DNA from: an uncultured Actinomycetes bacterium
GTDB lineage: Bacteria > Actinomycetota > UBA4738 > HRBIN12
Length of the DNA stretch: 64,000 nt
Direction: 5' to 3'
Assembly (NCBI GenBank): GCA_963762075.1
Contig: CAVXJC010000006.1
Location: forward strand, 33,788-97,787
The translations under genes were made by a program, and so were the position numbers. How positions within the stretch are numbered: position 1 is the stretch's first letter; every line of letters starts with the position of its first letter. Of this stretch, positions 35,775 through 47,546 are shown in pieces. The notes under the pieces were generated by a model. The model searched no databases, had not been told where the DNA came from, and saw only the letters and a list, made by a program, of their open reading frames with translations.

Positions 35775-37157
35775 ATGGCCGACATGCACCGCTACACCGA
35801 TGAGACCGACGCACTCTCGAGGGCGATCGTGGCCTATGCCCGCAGCCGCATCGCGAGCCCGCAGCCGCTCGACGGTTCGGCCACCGGTGAGGAGCTCTCC
35901 CGCCGGGCGGGCGAGACGATCACGCCCGGTGGCATCGGCGGCGAGGAAGCATTGCGACTGTGGGCAGAGGTGCTCGCACCGGCGACGATCTCGACGGATC
36001 ACCCGTCGTCGATGGCGTTCGTGCCGGGGGCACCCACCAAGGCCGCGGTGCTCTTCGACCTGGTGGTGGGCGCATCCTCGACGATCGCAGCCGGGTGGAT
36101 CGACGGCGCGGGCGCGATCTGGGCCGAGAACCAGGCGCTGCGGTGGCTCGCCGATCTGGCCGGCTTTCCGGCTGCAGCCGGTGGGGTCTTCGTGAGTGGC
36201 GGCTCCGCGGGCAACCTCTCGGCACTCGTCGCGGCTCGGGCTCGGGCGGCCAGCGTGCTCGGTGGACGTCCGGCGGGCGGCTGGAAGATCGCGGTGGCCG
36301 AGAGCGTGCACTCCTCGGTCGCGACCGCCGCCCGCGTGATCGACGTGGACATCGTGCAGGTACCCGGCGACGAACGCGGGCGGCTCACCGGAGCCGCGCT
36401 CGCGGAGACGCTCGACGGTCTCGACGCCGAGGAGCGTGCTGGTGTGTTCGCCGTCGTCGCGAGCGCAGGCGCGACCAACGCCGGCACCGTCGACGACCTC
36501 GCCGGTGTCGCAGACGCCTCCGCGGCCCACGAGCTCTGGTTCCACGTCGACGGAGCTTACGGGGGGGCTGGACTCGTCGCCCCCACTGTGCGCGATCGCT
36601 ACCGGGGCATCGAGCGAGCCGACTCGTTCATCGTCGATCCCCACAAGTGGCTGTTCGCGCCGTACGACTGCTGCGCACTCGTGTACCGAGACCCCACGTC
36701 TGCCCATGGAGTCTTCCGCCAGGAAGCGAGCTACCTCGACACCGTCAACCGACCCGACGCGGCCTGGAGCGAGTGGAATCCGGCGAACTACGCGTATCAC
36801 TTGTCGCGACGGGCCCGCGGGTTGCCCCTGTGGTTCTCGCTCGCGACCTACGGCACCGATGCGTACCGCGAGGCGGTGGAAGACGTGCTCTCCCTCACCA
36901 GGGCAACGGCCGAGGAGATCCGCTCACGCGACGAGCTCGAGCTCGTGATGGAACCGGAGTTGTCGGTCGTGCTGTTCCGCCGGCGCGGGTGGGTTGATGT
37001 CGACTACGAGGCATGGTGGCGGCGACTGCTCGATGCGCAGCTCGCCTTCGTGCAACCGACATCGTGGAGGGGCGAAAAGCTCGCGCGCCTGTGTTTCGTG
37101 AATCCGAGCACGACGATCGACCACGTTCGAGCTGTGCTCGGCACGATGACCTCGTGA
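35775..37157 (+). CDS. group II PLP-dependent decarboxylase (aromatic-amino-acid/glutamate decarboxylase family)
   Basis: Start at MADMHRYTDE. FIVDPHKWLFAPYDCCALV carries the PLP-Lys motif. The upstream 216 aa of the listed ORF are an Arg-rich out-of-context extension. Confidence 0.8.
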   Translation: MADMHRYTDETDALSRAIVAYARSRIASPQPLDGSATGEELSRRAGETITPGGIGGEEALRLWAEVLAPATISTDHPSSMAFVPGAPTKAAVLFDLVVGASSTIAAGWIDGAGAIWAENQALRWLADLAGFPAAAGGVFVSGGSAGNLSALVAARARAASVLGGRPAGGWKIAVAESVHSSVATAARVIDVDIVQVPGDERGRLTGAALAETLDGLDAEERAGVFAVVASAGATNAGTVDDLAGVADASAAHELWFHVDGAYGGAGLVAPTVRDRYRGIERADSFIVDPHKWLFAPYDCCALVYRDPTSAHGVFRQEASYLDTVNRPDAAWSEWNPANYAYHLSRRARGLPLWFSLATYGTDAYREAVEDVLSLTRATAEEIRSRDELELVMEPELSVVLFRRRGWVDVDYEAWWRRLLDAQLAFVQPTSWRGEKLARLCFVNPSTTIDHVRAVLGTMTS

Positions 37158-37173
37158 GTGCCGGGCCGAGCCC

Positions 37174-38073
37174 CTATCGACCGATCGGGCCCTGCGACCG
37201 CAGGATGTCGTCCTCGAGGGCTTCGAGGCGGGCGACACGCTCCGCCGTAGGTGGGTGGGTCGAGAAGAGCGTCGCGAAGCCTCGACCCTTCAATGCCGAC
37301 AAAGGGCTCACGATGAACATGTGCGCCTCGGCGGGACTCACGCTTCGAGGAGGCGGGATACGCTTCGCCGTCTCCTCGAGCTTCGCGAGGGCGCTCGCCA
37401 ACGACCGCGGATCCCTCGACAGGTACGCCCCGGTCTCGTCGGCCTGATACTCCCGTGAGCGCGAGACCGCCATCTGGATGATCCCCGCCGCGATCGGCGC
37501 CACGATCCAGGCGAGCAGAAGAAAGAGCGGATTGCCCCCGCCCTCGTCGTCGCCGCCACCGAAGAACAGAGCGAACTGTGCGATGAACGAGATCGAAGTG
37601 CCGATGCCGGCTGCGATCGAGCCGATCAAGATGTCGCGGTTCGCGACGTGGCTCAGCTCGTGCGCCAAGACCCCGCGCAACTCACGCTCGTCGAGGATCT
37701 GCAAGATGCCCTTCGTGACCGCGACCTTCGCGTTCGAGGGACCGCGCCCCGTCGCGAAGGCGTTGGGCTGCATCATGTCCGAGACGTAGATCTCGGGCAT
37801 GGGCATCTCTTTGGCCGTCGCGAGCTCGCGGACGATGCGATAGAGCTGCGGGTACTCCTGCTCGGTCACGAGCCGCGAGTGGGTCGTACGCACCGCGATC
37901 GAGCCCGAGAACCAGTACATCGCGAAGTTGAAGCCGAGGCCGAGCACGAGGGCGATCACCAAGCCCTGACCACCCGGCAGGAGCCAGTTGCCGATCACCA
38001 GGAACAGCCCCATCAGGGCGGAGATCAAGATCCAGGTCTTCGCGCGATTGATGCCGGGTGTCAACGTCATCAC
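37174..38073 (-). CDS. htpX: zinc metalloprotease HtpX (M48 family)
   Basis: HELSHV zinc motif, four TM helices, typical length. Confidence 0.85.
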   Translation of the reverse strand: MMTLTPGINRAKTWILISALMGLFLVIGNWLLPGGQGLVIALVLGLGFNFAMYWFSGSIAVRTTHSRLVTEQEYPQLYRIVRELATAKEMPMPEIYVSDMMQPNAFATGRGPSNAKVAVTKGILQILDERELRGVLAHELSHVANRDILIGSIAAGIGTSISFIAQFALFFGGGDDEGGGNPLFLLLAWIVAPIAAGIIQMAVSRSREYQADETGAYLSRDPRSLASALAKLEETAKRIPPPRSVSPAEAHMFIVSPLSALKGRGFATLFSTHPPTAERVARLEALEDDILRSQGPIGR

Positions 38074-38231
38074 TCCTCGTCAGCGACAGCAGATCGGGCC
38101 ACTGGGCCCGATGGTCTCACAGGCGGTTCGTCGCGCACGACCCCGCGGTTTCCCGTCAACCCGAGCGATCGGATGCCGATGCATCTTGGAACACCCGCTC
38201 GAACATCCGAAGGAGATCCCCCCTGTCGCTC

Positions 38232-39077
38232 ATGCCGGATCGTTGGTTCGACCTCGTATCCTCGCGTGCCCGGGCATGGGGGGCCAGAAGCATGCCGGCG
38301 GTCGTGTTGCTCGCGCTCTCACTCGGCGGCACACCCACCCACTCGGTGGCGCCGCCGGCCGGCACCTGGGTCATCACGCGCACGAACGTCGAGCTGTTGG
38401 AATCGTTCGACGCCGAGCTTACGGCGGCGTTCTTCGACGGGCCGCAGACGGTCGCCCTCGACGGATACGGCGATGCCATAGTGGCCGAAGGGTGGGCGAG
38501 TCTGGCCGCGTTCGAGGCCGACGTCGACGCGGGGCTCATCCCCGACGAGGTGACCATGGTCATGTACGACCCCGAAGCCTGGGAGCACACACCGCTTTCC
38601 GAGCAGCTCGACCCCGCCACGGCGATGGCGAAGTTCGCCGAGCTCGCCCGGTCGCAGGGGTACGAGGTGCTGATGACCCCGCACCCTGGGCTCGTCACGG
38701 TGCCGGGTGCCGTGTGCGCCCAGCATCCGGGTGAGTCGGTCCCCGCTGCATTCGTGCGCTGCGGACTCCCTGCGGCCGCCGCGGTGAGCGCCGACATCGT
38801 GGACCTGCAGCTCCAGTCGCTTCAGCAGCATCCCGCTCGGTACCGGGAATGGGTCGCCGCTGCGGCTCGCCAGTCGCGCCGCGCCAACCCTCAGGCGCAG
38901 GTCCTGGCCCACCTCACGACGCGCTTGGCGCCCGACCCGACCGTGCTCTACGCGGCCTGGCGCTCGGTGCAGCCGGTCGTCGACGGCTGCTACATCGGCG
39001 TGCCCCAAGGCGCTCGGCCCCGCATGGCGATCGGATTCCTGCGCATGATCTCGGTCGGCGCCGACCGCAGGCGCTGA
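38232..39077 (+). CDS. hypothetical secreted protein
   Basis: Start at MPDRWFDLVSSRARAWGARSMPAVVLLALSLGG (signal-like). No confident family assignment. Confidence 0.45.
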   Translation: MPDRWFDLVSSRARAWGARSMPAVVLLALSLGGTPTHSVAPPAGTWVITRTNVELLESFDAELTAAFFDGPQTVALDGYGDAIVAEGWASLAAFEADVDAGLIPDEVTMVMYDPEAWEHTPLSEQLDPATAMAKFAELARSQGYEVLMTPHPGLVTVPGAVCAQHPGESVPAAFVRCGLPAAAAVSADIVDLQLQSLQQHPARYREWVAAAARQSRRANPQAQVLAHLTTRLAPDPTVLYAAWRSVQPVVDGCYIGVPQGARPRMAIGFLRMISVGADRRR

Positions 39078-39094
39078 CCCGCATCCGCTCCTCG

Positions 39095-40567
39095 TTAGGG
39101 CCCGATCCCGACCAGGGTGGAGATCTCCGCGAGACGGGCGAACGGGTTGGGCAACACGAAGATCACCACGACAGCGAGCATCGTGACCGCGACCACCGCG
39201 GTGACCAACGCCGGTACCCGGAGGCGAGACGGGTCGGCCGGGTCACGCAGGAACATCTGCCTCGGCACGACCAGATAGTAGAAGACGCTCACCACCGAGT
39301 TCACGAGCATCACCACAGCGAGCACGGGCCCCAGTGTGCCGCCTCGCTCGATCGCAGCCTGGAAGATCAGCAGCTTGGCCCAGAACCCTCCCGTGGGCGG
39401 CACGCCCGCCAGCGACACCATGAAGACGGTCATGCCGAAGGCGATCAGCGGCGCCGTCTCGCGGAGTCCGGCGAAGTCCGCGACGCGAAGCGCCGGGTGC
39501 CGGCGTGAGACCGCCACCGTCGCTGCGAATGCGCCGAGGTTCATGATGCCGTAGATCAGGATGTACGCGACCGCGGCGGCGAACGCGTCGCGGTTCGAAA
39601 CCACGTCGTCGGTGACCAGCGCGAAGGGCAGCAGGATGTAGCCCGCTTGGCCGATCCCCGAGTAGGCGAGCAGGCGCACGATCTGCGTCTGCTGCAGCGC
39701 CACCAGGTTGCCCACCGTCATCGTCGCGATCGACAGGAACGCGAAGATCGGCACCCAGAACTCGTGCTGGCCGGCGAATGCAACGAACATCAGCTGCAGC
39801 AGGCCCGCGAAGCCGGCAACGGCCGAGGCAACCGCGAGGAACGCGGCGACCGGCACCGGCGAGCCCTCGTAGGTGTCGGGCGCCCAGAACTGGAACGGGA
39901 ACGCCGACACCTTGAACGCGAAGCCCACGACCACGAACAAGATCGCAGCGAACGCGAGCGTCTCCATCTCGCCCGTCACGCCGTCGAGCGCGCTGGCGAT
40001 CTCGGCGAGCTGGGTCTCACCTTTCGTGACGCCGTAGATCAGGCTCATGCCGAACAGCATCACGGCCGTCGAGAGCACACCGATGATGAAGAACTTCACG
40101 CCCGCCTCGTTCGACTTCACGTCGCCCTTGCGGAACGCCGCCATCAAGAATCCCGGCGCCGAGACGAGCTCGAGCGCGATGAACAGCAGCAGCAGGTCGC
40201 GCGAGCTCGGCATCATGATGCAGCCGAGGAACGACGTGAGCAGTAGGAAGTAGTACTCCCCTTGATAGAAGCCGCCCTCGCGGAAGTAGCGCAGCGATAC
40301 CGCGAGCACGATGGCGGCCGTCACGAGGAAGAACCCCTTGAACAGCAGGGCGAATTCGTCGATCACGTAGGTGCCACCGAAGCTCGTGCGATCGCCGGCG
40401 CCGACGAGCGACACCACCGCGACGAGCGTTCCCAACACGCCTGTGAGTCCGAGCGGCATGGCGAACCATTTGGCGCGCTCGGGCAGGAACAGGTCGACCA
40501 CCAGCACGAGCAGGATCGTGCTCGACAGGATGATCTCGGGCGCGAGGGCGTGGTAGTCGATGTCCAT
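39095..40567 (-). CDS. nuoN: NADH-quinone oxidoreductase subunit N (partial-operon copy)
   Basis: MDIDYHALAPEIILSSTILLVL... NuoN topology and motifs. Confidence 0.85.
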   Translation of the reverse strand: MDIDYHALAPEIILSSTILLVLVVDLFLPERAKWFAMPLGLTGVLGTLVAVVSLVGAGDRTSFGGTYVIDEFALLFKGFFLVTAAIVLAVSLRYFREGGFYQGEYYFLLLTSFLGCIMMPSSRDLLLLFIALELVSAPGFLMAAFRKGDVKSNEAGVKFFIIGVLSTAVMLFGMSLIYGVTKGETQLAEIASALDGVTGEMETLAFAAILFVVVGFAFKVSAFPFQFWAPDTYEGSPVPVAAFLAVASAVAGFAGLLQLMFVAFAGQHEFWVPIFAFLSIATMTVGNLVALQQTQIVRLLAYSGIGQAGYILLPFALVTDDVVSNRDAFAAAVAYILIYGIMNLGAFAATVAVSRRHPALRVADFAGLRETAPLIAFGMTVFMVSLAGVPPTGGFWAKLLIFQAAIERGGTLGPVLAVVMLVNSVVSVFYYLVVPRQMFLRDPADPSRLRVPALVTAVVAVTMLAVVVIFVLPNPFARLAEISTLVGIGP

Positions 40568-40576
40568 CGAGGTGCG

Positions 40577-42112
40577 TCAGCCCCCCAGCAGGCTCATGAG
40601 CCCGCCGACCGCTTCGTCGGTGACGCCGAAGACGAGCCTCGGATACACGCCGAGCACCAGGATCAACAGGAGCAGCGGGAACCATGACACCCACTCGATC
40701 GTGAGCACGTCGCGCAAGCCGGCTTCCCGCCACTGATCGGGAAGGGTGCCCATGTTCACGCGCTGCAGCATCCAGAGGAAGTACGCCGCGGTGAGCACCG
40801 TGCCGACGCCGCCCATGACCATGAACACGCGGAAGAGGCCGACCTGATCGCCGAGCACGACCTCGTTGGGGTTGAACGAGCTGAGCAGCGCCATGACCTC
40901 GCCCCAGAACCCGGCAAGCCCCGGCAGGCCGAGCGAGGCGATCGAGACGAAGGCGAAGACGCCGCCGAGCTTGGGCATCGTCTGGAGCATGCCGCCGCCG
41001 ATCTTGGCGATCTCACGCGTGTGGTAACGATCGTAGATCGAGCCCACGCAGAAGAAGAGCATGCCCGTGATCACGCCGTGTGCGACCATGCCGAAGATCG
41101 CGGCCTGGATGCCGATCTCGGTGAGCGTGGCGATGCCGAGCATCACGAACCCCATGTGGCCGACCGACGAGAACGCGATCAAGCGCTTCAGGTCCTTCTG
41201 GGCGAGGCACGCGAGCGCGGCGTACACGATGCCGATCGCGGCGAGCGCTCCGATCCACGGCGCGTACTTCTCGGCGCCGTAGGGCAACGTCGGGATCGCG
41301 ATGCGGATGAACCCGTACGTGCCCATCTTCAGCATGATTCCCGCGAGCAGCACCGAGCCGATCGTGGGCGCCTCCGTATGTGCGTCGGGAAGCCACGTGT
41401 GGAACGGCCACATGGGCACCTTCACGGCGAATCCGAGCGCGACCGCGGCGAACACGATGATCTGGAAGGTGTTCGTGAACCCACCGCTGCCCCCGAACTC
41501 CGCGAGCACGACCATGTCGAAGGTGTGCGGATCGGGCCCGGCGAAGTACATGCCCAGGAACCCCAGGAGCATGAAGATCGATCCGAACAGCGTGTACAGG
41601 AAGAACTTGATCGACGCGTACTCGCGGTTCGCCGAGCCCCAGACGGCGATCAGGAAGTACATGGGCACGAGCACCATCTCCCAGAACACGAAGAACAGGA
41701 TCAGGTCGAACGCGATGAAGGTGCCCGCCATGCCGGTCTCGAGCAGCAGCATCAGGGCCAGGAACGCCTTGGTGCGGCCCGGGTCGGGCACGTAGCGCCA
41801 GCTATAGATCGCGCAGAGGAACGAGAGCAGGAACGTCAGCACGTACAGGGGCAGCGATATGCCGTCGATGCCCACGTGGAACCGCGCCCCGATCGCACTG
41901 ATCCAGTTCACGTCGAGCACGTACTGCAGACCGTCGGTGCCGTAGTCGAACCCCACCGCGATCGCGGCGGCGAGCACGAGCGCCGCCCCCGTGACGACGA
42001 TGCCGAGGCCGCGGATCGCACGATCCTTGTCTCGCGGCATCAGCGCGATCACCAACCCACCGGCGAGCGGCAGCAGCGTGGTGATCGTGATGGCCGAGCT
42101 CTCCCAGGTCAT
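40577..42112 (-). CDS. nuoM: NADH-quinone oxidoreductase subunit M (partial-operon copy)
   Basis: Start at MTWESSAITITTLLPLAGG with a GGAGG RBS. NuoM/ND4 blocks (WLPDAH). Confidence 0.85.
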   Translation of the reverse strand: MTWESSAITITTLLPLAGGLVIALMPRDKDRAIRGLGIVVTGAALVLAAAIAVGFDYGTDGLQYVLDVNWISAIGARFHVGIDGISLPLYVLTFLLSFLCAIYSWRYVPDPGRTKAFLALMLLLETGMAGTFIAFDLILFFVFWEMVLVPMYFLIAVWGSANREYASIKFFLYTLFGSIFMLLGFLGMYFAGPDPHTFDMVVLAEFGGSGGFTNTFQIIVFAAVALGFAVKVPMWPFHTWLPDAHTEAPTIGSVLLAGIMLKMGTYGFIRIAIPTLPYGAEKYAPWIGALAAIGIVYAALACLAQKDLKRLIAFSSVGHMGFVMLGIATLTEIGIQAAIFGMVAHGVITGMLFFCVGSIYDRYHTREIAKIGGGMLQTMPKLGGVFAFVSIASLGLPGLAGFWGEVMALLSSFNPNEVVLGDQVGLFRVFMVMGGVGTVLTAAYFLWMLQRVNMGTLPDQWREAGLRDVLTIEWVSWFPLLLLILVLGVYPRLVFGVTDEAVGGLMSLLGG

Positions 42113-42132
42113 GTGGCCTCCACGCTTCCTCT

Positions 42133-44133
42133 CTACACGAGCTTGACGAAGACGACGGACAAGGCGATCACGCCGACGAACAGGCCGACGGCGTACCACT
42201 GCACGTTGCCGTTCTGCAGGAACTTCAAGGCGTTACCGGTTCGGCCGGCGGTCTCACCGGCTCCGTTCACGGCGCCGTCGATCACGGTGCGATCGAACCA
42301 GGCGACCACCTGCCCCGACCCTCTCGTGATCGTGGCAGCGCCATTCACGACACCGTCGATCACGTTCTGGTCGAACCAGTTCACGGCGCTCGACAGACCA
42401 TCGCGCACCGGATAGACGATCGCCCGCATGTAGAAGGCGTCGATGTAGTAGCGGTGCTCGAGCGCGTTCCACAGGGGGCCCATGGGCGACCGCAACGGGT
42501 CCCGCTCCTTGCGATCCTTGTAGAGCGCGTACCCGGCCGCGAGGCCGAGCAGCGCGCCGGCCGTCGAGAGCAGCGCGATCCAGGGCACGAACACGGCCTC
42601 ATGCACCGTCTCGAAGAAGACCCATCGGCCGAAGACGGCGCCGAGCTGCGGCGCACCCAGCAGGCCGACGCCGACCGTCGCCACGGCGAGCGCGACCAGC
42701 GGACCGGTCATCGTCGCCGGCGACTCGTGCGGATGGGCCGTGCCCCTGTAGTCCCCGAAGAACGTCAGCCGCACCATGCGCATCGTGTAGAACGCCGTGA
42801 TCACCGCGGTCGCAAGGAAGACGACGAACAGCCACGTCACGTGCTCCTCCTGGGCGACGACGAGGAGTTCGTCCTTCGACCAGAACCCTGCGAGAGGGAA
42901 GATGCCCGCGAGCGCCAGCGAGCCGAGCAGCATCGTCCAGAACGTGATCGGCATCGACTTCCGCAGGCCGCCCATGTCGCTCATGTTGTTCGAGTGCACG
43001 GCGTGGATCACCGAGCCGGCGCCCAGGAACAGCAGAGCCTTGAAGAAGGCGTGCGTGAACAGGTGGAAGATGCCCGCGGTGAGCCCGAGCTCGCCGAGCG
43101 AGAGCCCGGCGACCATGTAGGCGAGCTGCGACAGCGTCGAGTAGGCGAGCACGCGCTTGATGTCGTCCTGCACGATCGCGAGCAGCGCCGCCCCGAGCGC
43201 CGTGATGCCGCCGATGATGCTCACGGTGGTGAGGACCCATGCGTCGGCGGACAAGAACACCTCGAAGAGCCGCGCGATGAGGTAGACGCCGGCTGCCACC
43301 ATGGTCGCCGCGTGGATCAGGGCCGAGACCGGGGTCGGACCGGCCATGGCATCGGGCAGCCAGACGTGCAACGGGAACTGTGCGGATTTCCCGACCGTGC
43401 CGCCGAACAGCAGCAGCGCTGCAATGGAGATGAACACCGGCGACGCTTCACCGAGGCCGAGCTCGTGCGCGACCTCGCCGATGTTGGTTGTCGTGAACCC
43501 TGTGGCGGCGATCAGGGCGATGATGCCGAACGTGAACGGGATGTCACCGATCCGCGTGGTGATGAACGCCTTGATCGCGGCGTTGGAGTTCTCCTTGACC
43601 TCCCACCAGTGCCCGATCAGCAGATAGGAGCAGACGCCCATGACCTCCCACCCGACGAGCAGCTGGATCAGGTTGTTCGCCACGACCACGGTGAGCATCG
43701 CGGCCGTGAACAACGACAAGACCACGAAGAACCACGTGAAACGCTCGTCGCCGTGCATGTAGCCGAGCGAGTAGACGTGCACACAGAGCGAGACCGCGGT
43801 GACGACCACGAGCATCACCGCGGTGAGTCCGTCGACGAGGATGCCGAGCTCGAGGTGCAGGGGCCCGATGGTGAACCATTCGATGTGCCCCTCGAACGGC
43901 CCGCCCCCTTGCACGAAATGCAGCAGCACGCCGAGCGAGAAGACGAACGACGCTCCCACGGCCGCGATGCCGTACACGGCGCCCTTGCCCGGCGTGCGTG
44001 AGCCGAAGAACAGGATGAGCGCTGCCGAGAGCAGCGGAAGCAGCACCACGATCCACGCGTGCTCAACGAACCAGAGCCCGTTCGTCGTGGTCTCGTAGAC
44101 CACCTCGCCCTCCGATGCGAGCAGGTTCACCAC
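42133..44133 (-). CDS. nuoL: NADH-quinone oxidoreductase subunit L (partial-operon copy)
   Basis: GTG start overlapping the nuoK TGA (GTGGTGA). NuoL/ND5 blocks. Long C-terminal amphipathic helix region. Confidence 0.8.
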   Translation of the reverse strand: MVNLLASEGEVVYETTTNGLWFVEHAWIVVLLPLLSAALILFFGSRTPGKGAVYGIAAVGASFVFSLGVLLHFVQGGGPFEGHIEWFTIGPLHLELGILVDGLTAVMLVVVTAVSLCVHVYSLGYMHGDERFTWFFVVLSLFTAAMLTVVVANNLIQLLVGWEVMGVCSYLLIGHWWEVKENSNAAIKAFITTRIGDIPFTFGIIALIAATGFTTTNIGEVAHELGLGEASPVFISIAALLLFGGTVGKSAQFPLHVWLPDAMAGPTPVSALIHAATMVAAGVYLIARLFEVFLSADAWVLTTVSIIGGITALGAALLAIVQDDIKRVLAYSTLSQLAYMVAGLSLGELGLTAGIFHLFTHAFFKALLFLGAGSVIHAVHSNNMSDMGGLRKSMPITFWTMLLGSLALAGIFPLAGFWSKDELLVVAQEEHVTWLFVVFLATAVITAFYTMRMVRLTFFGDYRGTAHPHESPATMTGPLVALAVATVGVGLLGAPQLGAVFGRWVFFETVHEAVFVPWIALLSTAGALLGLAAGYALYKDRKERDPLRSPMGPLWNALEHRYYIDAFYMRAIVYPVRDGLSSAVNWFDQNVIDGVVNGAATITRGSGQVVAWFDRTVIDGAVNGAGETAGRTGNALKFLQNGNVQWYAVGLFVGVIALSVVFVKLV

Positions 44134-44426
44134 TTGAGCAGGTTCACCTCGTCCACGTTGATCGACTCGCGTGTGCGGAAGAGCAGGATCACGATCGCGA
44201 GCCCGATGCCGACCTCGGCAGCAGCCACCGCGATCACGAACAGCGCGAACACCTGACCCGTCATCTGCTGCAGTGACGAGGCGAACGCGACCAGGTTCAC
44301 ATTGACGGCGTTGAGCATGAGCTCGATCGCCATGAGCACCATCACCGCGTTGCGGCGGGCGAGCACCCCGTACACGCCCGCCGAGAACAACAGGGCCGAG
44401 AACATCAGCACCAGCGGAAGCCGGAT
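44127..44426 (-). CDS. nuoK: NADH-quinone oxidoreductase subunit K (partial-operon copy)
   Basis: GTG start overlapping the nuoJ TGA. ...[28 protein letters not shown]. Confidence 0.8.
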   Translation of the reverse strand: MRLPLVLMFSALLFSAGVYGVLARRNAVMVLMAIELMLNAVNVNLVAFASSLQQMTGQVFALFVIAVAAAEVGIGLAIVILLFRTRESINVDEVNLLKW

Positions 44427-44929
44427 CACGTCGAGTCGTCCTTGCGTGCGAGCACGATCGCACCGATCAGTGCGGCGAGCAGCAGGAACGAGACCGCCTC
44501 GAAGGGCAGCACGTAGGTGCGGAATATCGACTCCCCCACCATCTCCGTCGTTCCCTGGAACGTTTCGAAGGCTTGGGCGTCTTGCACCGGGAAGGCTTCC
44601 TGGATCAAGAAGACGAGTCCTGCGAATACCCCCACTCCGACGAGCGCGCCGAGCCAGCGCTGCTGGTTGTCGAGCGTGTCTCGTCCGATCGGCGCCTTGG
44701 TCAGCATGAGCCCGAACAGGAACAAGATCACGATCGCGCCCACGTAGATGAGGATCTGCACCCACGCCACGAACTCCGCGCCGAGCAACAGGTAGACACC
44801 GGCGACCGACAACAGCGAGACCACCAAGTAGAGCGCCGCGTGCACCACGTTGCGGGCCGTCACGACCGCGACCGCCGACAGGCTGCCGACCACGGCCAGC
44901 ACGCAGAACGCGTATTCCTGCGCGCTCAA
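44426..44929 (-). CDS. nuoJ: NADH-quinone oxidoreductase subunit J (partial-operon copy)
   Basis: TTG start overlapping the nuoI TGA (TTGA). [52 protein letters not shown]. Confidence 0.75.
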   Translation of the reverse strand: MSAQEYAFCVLAVVGSLSAVAVVTARNVVHAALYLVVSLLSVAGVYLLLGAEFVAWVQILIYVGAIVILFLFGLMLTKAPIGRDTLDNQQRWLGALVGVGVFAGLVFLIQEAFPVQDAQAFETFQGTTEMVGESIFRTYVLPFEAVSFLLLAALIGAIVLARKDDST

Positions 44930-45459
44930 GAGCTGCCCGCCTCTTCCTCTGAAGGGTTCGCGACGGCGCCTTCTTCGAGGGCGGGTGGTGGCAGAACGGT
45001 GTAGGTCCACTCCTCGAGGCGTTCCTTCTCGTGGATGAGCAGGTCCATCTCGTACTCGGCGTACTCGAACTCGGGACTCCAGAACAGCGCGTCGAACGGA
45101 CACACCTCGACGCAGATGCCGCAATACATGCAGAGCGCATAGTCGATGGCGAACCGGTCGAGCACCTTCATCGAGCGAGCACGACCTCCCCCCGCCGGGT
45201 CGTGCGTTTCCTTGTGCGCGTCGATGTAGATGCACCAGTCGGGGCACTCGCGCGAGCACTTGTAGCAGACGGTGCAGTTGCCTTCCTTCAGGGCGATCAC
45301 GCCCCTCGTTCGGGCCGGAAGATCGGGCTTCACATGCGGGTACTGCACCGTCACGGCAGGCCTGAGCATGGTCTTCATCGTGACCGTGAGGCCCTTGAGC
45401 AGCCCGAGACCCACGCCGGATTCCGGCTGGTCCTTCTGTCCGGTCGTGTCGATGGCCAC
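44926..45459 (-). CDS. nuoI: NADH-quinone oxidoreductase subunit I (2x[4Fe-4S]) (partial-operon copy)
   Basis: GTG start with an AAGGAG RBS. Two CxxCxxCxxxCP ferredoxin motifs. Confidence 0.8.
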   Translation of the reverse strand: MAIDTTGQKDQPESGVGLGLLKGLTVTMKTMLRPAVTVQYPHVKPDLPARTRGVIALKEGNCTVCYKCSRECPDWCIYIDAHKETHDPAGGGRARSMKVLDRFAIDYALCMYCGICVEVCPFDALFWSPEFEYAEYEMDLLIHEKERLEEWTYTVLPPPALEEGAVANPSEEEAGSS

Positions 45460-45473
45460 GGGTTCTCCTTCGC

Positions 45474-46487
45474 CTAGAACGCGACCTTGAAGAACGCGGC
45501 GCCCAGGATCCACACGAGCGAGACCGGGATGAGCGTCAGCCATGCGAAACGCTGGAGCTGATCTTCACGCAGCCGTGGGAATGTCGCCCGCAGCCAGATC
45601 GTCAGGAACGACAGGACGCCGATCTTGCCCGCCATCCAGATCGGGTCGGGCAGCGGGATGCCGGGCAGCCCCTGGTAGCCGCCGAGGAACAGCACCGCGG
45701 CGATGCCCGAGAGCGCCACGATGCCGCCGTACTCCGCGAGCAGGAAGAACGCGAACTTCAACCCGCCGTACTCGGTGAAGGCGCCGTAGATGATCTCGGA
45801 GTCGGCGACCGGCATGTCGAAGGGCGTGCGGCTGAGTTCGGCGAGCGAGGAGACCATGAAGATCAAGAACAACGGGAACAGCGGCACGGCGTACCACAAC
45901 GACTCCTGCGCCTCGACGATGCCGACCATCGAGGTGGCGCCGGCGAGCATCACGACGCCCGCGGCCGACAGCACCAACGGAAGCTCGTAGGCGATGAGCT
46001 GCGCGGCGGCTCGCAGGGCGCCGATCAGCGAGAACTTGTTCGCGCTCGACCACCCGGCCATGAGCACGCCGATCACCGAGACGCTCGACATGGCCATCAC
46101 GAAGAAGATGCCCACGTCGAGGTTCAGGGCGAACAACGTGTCGCTGAACGGCAGCACCACCAAGATCGCGATATAGGGCACCATGGCGACGCCCGGCGCC
46201 AGCGTGAAGATGACGCGATCGGCCGCGGCCGGCACCACGTTCTCCTTCTGGATGAACTTCACGCCATCGGCGATGAGCTGGGCCCACCCGTGGAAGGCGC
46301 CCGCTTCCATTGGACCGAGGCGCGATTGCATGTGCGCGAGCACCTTGTGCTCCATGTAGCCGACGCCGAGCGGCACCACGAGGAAGAACCCCAGCACGAG
46401 CACCGTCTTCAGCAGCAACGAGAGCCAGAAGTTCGTGGTGAGCTGCTCGACGAACGAGACGCCGGCCTGCGCGAGGACGTCGATCAT
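45474..46487 (-). CDS. nuoH: NADH-quinone oxidoreductase subunit H (partial-operon copy)
   Basis: [12 protein letters not shown]...[14 protein letters not shown] NuoH/ND1 signature. ATGA overlap with nuoC. Confidence 0.85.
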   Translation of the reverse strand: MIDVLAQAGVSFVEQLTTNFWLSLLLKTVLVLGFFLVVPLGVGYMEHKVLAHMQSRLGPMEAGAFHGWAQLIADGVKFIQKENVVPAAADRVIFTLAPGVAMVPYIAILVVLPFSDTLFALNLDVGIFFVMAMSSVSVIGVLMAGWSSANKFSLIGALRAAAQLIAYELPLVLSAAGVVMLAGATSMVGIVEAQESLWYAVPLFPLFLIFMVSSLAELSRTPFDMPVADSEIIYGAFTEYGGLKFAFFLLAEYGGIVALSGIAAVLFLGGYQGLPGIPLPDPIWMAGKIGVLSFLTIWLRATFPRLREDQLQRFAWLTLIPVSLVWILGAAFFKVAF

Positions 46488-47065
46488 TCCTCCTCGGCCT
46501 CCTCACCCTCGACGGCGCCTGGCCAGGGCTTCGCCTCACGGGTCATGAGCGGGAAGTCCTTGCGCATCGGGTGACCCTCGAACGGCTCGGAGAGCAGCAG
46601 CTTCACCGGCGTCGGATGACCCTGGAACTTGATGCCGAACATCTCGGCGGTCTCACGCTCGTGCCAATCGCACGTGGGCCAGAGATCGCTCACCGTCGGT
46701 ACGACCGGGTCGTCGTAGTGCACGCCCACCTTCACACGCAGGTTGTGATGGTGCGCCGTGGAGAACAGATGGGTGAGCAGCTCGAATCCTCGCTCCTCAC
46801 CCCAGTCGACCGCGGAGGTGAAGTCGGCGTAATCGCACGCGAACTCCGGCTCGTCTCGCAGGAACCGACAGACGTCGTGATATCGCGCCTTCGTGACCGT
46901 GGCCACCGTGTGGCCGTGCTGGTCGGAGACATCGACGATGTCGGAGCCGAAACGCGCCCGCAGCCGGGATCCGGCCTCGTCGGGCGGCAGTGGACTGGGA
47001 CTCCTCACCGATCGCGCCCGCTGGCCAGAGAGGGGATCATCAGAACCCGGCGTTCGCTGGGGCAC
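46484..47065 (-). CDS. nuoC: NADH-quinone oxidoreductase subunit C (30 kDa) (partial-operon copy)
   Basis: [25 protein letters not shown]...[10 protein letters not shown] NuoC signature. AAGGACGAGGA RBS. Followed directly by nuoH with no nuoD. Confidence 0.8.
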   Translation of the reverse strand: MPQRTPGSDDPLSGQRARSVRSPSPLPPDEAGSRLRARFGSDIVDVSDQHGHTVATVTKARYHDVCRFLRDEPEFACDYADFTSAVDWGEERGFELLTHLFSTAHHHNLRVKVGVHYDDPVVPTVSDLWPTCDWHERETAEMFGIKFQGHPTPVKLLLSEPFEGHPMRKDFPLMTREAKPWPGAVEGEEAEEE

Positions 47066-47546
47066 CGAACTTCTCCTGGATGTCCTCGTCCTTGATCTTG
47101 TTCTGCAGCTCGATGATGCCGTGCAGCAGCGCTTCGGGCCGCGGTGGACAGCCGGGCACGTACACGTCGATCGGCACGATCTGGTCGACGCCCTTGGTGA
47201 CCGAGTAGCTATCCCAATACGGCCCCCCGCAGTTCGAGCATGAGCCGAACGAGATCACGTACTTCGGATCGGGCATCTGCTCGTACACACGCCTGAGCGC
47301 CGGCGCCATCTTGTCGGTGAGCGTGCCGGCCACGACCAACAGGTCGGCTTGACGCGGCCCGTGTGCGGCGGGGATCACGCCGAGGCGGATGAAGTCGTTC
47401 TTCGAGGTCGACGCGGCGATGAACTCGATCGCGCAGCATGCCAGGCCGAAGTTGATGACCCACAGCGAGTAACGACGCCCCCAGTTGAGGATGAACTTCA
47501 CGGGCTGGACCTTCGGAAGCGGAGTCCTCTCGGTGATCAGGCCCAC
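47040..47546 (-). CDS. nuoB: NADH-quinone oxidoreductase subunit B (partial-operon copy)
   Basis: GTG start. GLACCAIE...[10 protein letters not shown]...DVYVPGCPP Cys ligands of cluster N2. Confidence 0.8.
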   Translation of the reverse strand: MGLITERTPLPKVQPVKFILNWGRRYSLWVINFGLACCAIEFIAASTSKNDFIRLGVIPAAHGPRQADLLVVAGTLTDKMAPALRRVYEQMPDPKYVISFGSCSNCGGPYWDSYSVTKGVDQIVPIDVYVPGCPPRPEALLHGIIELQNKIKDEDIQEKFGAPANAGF

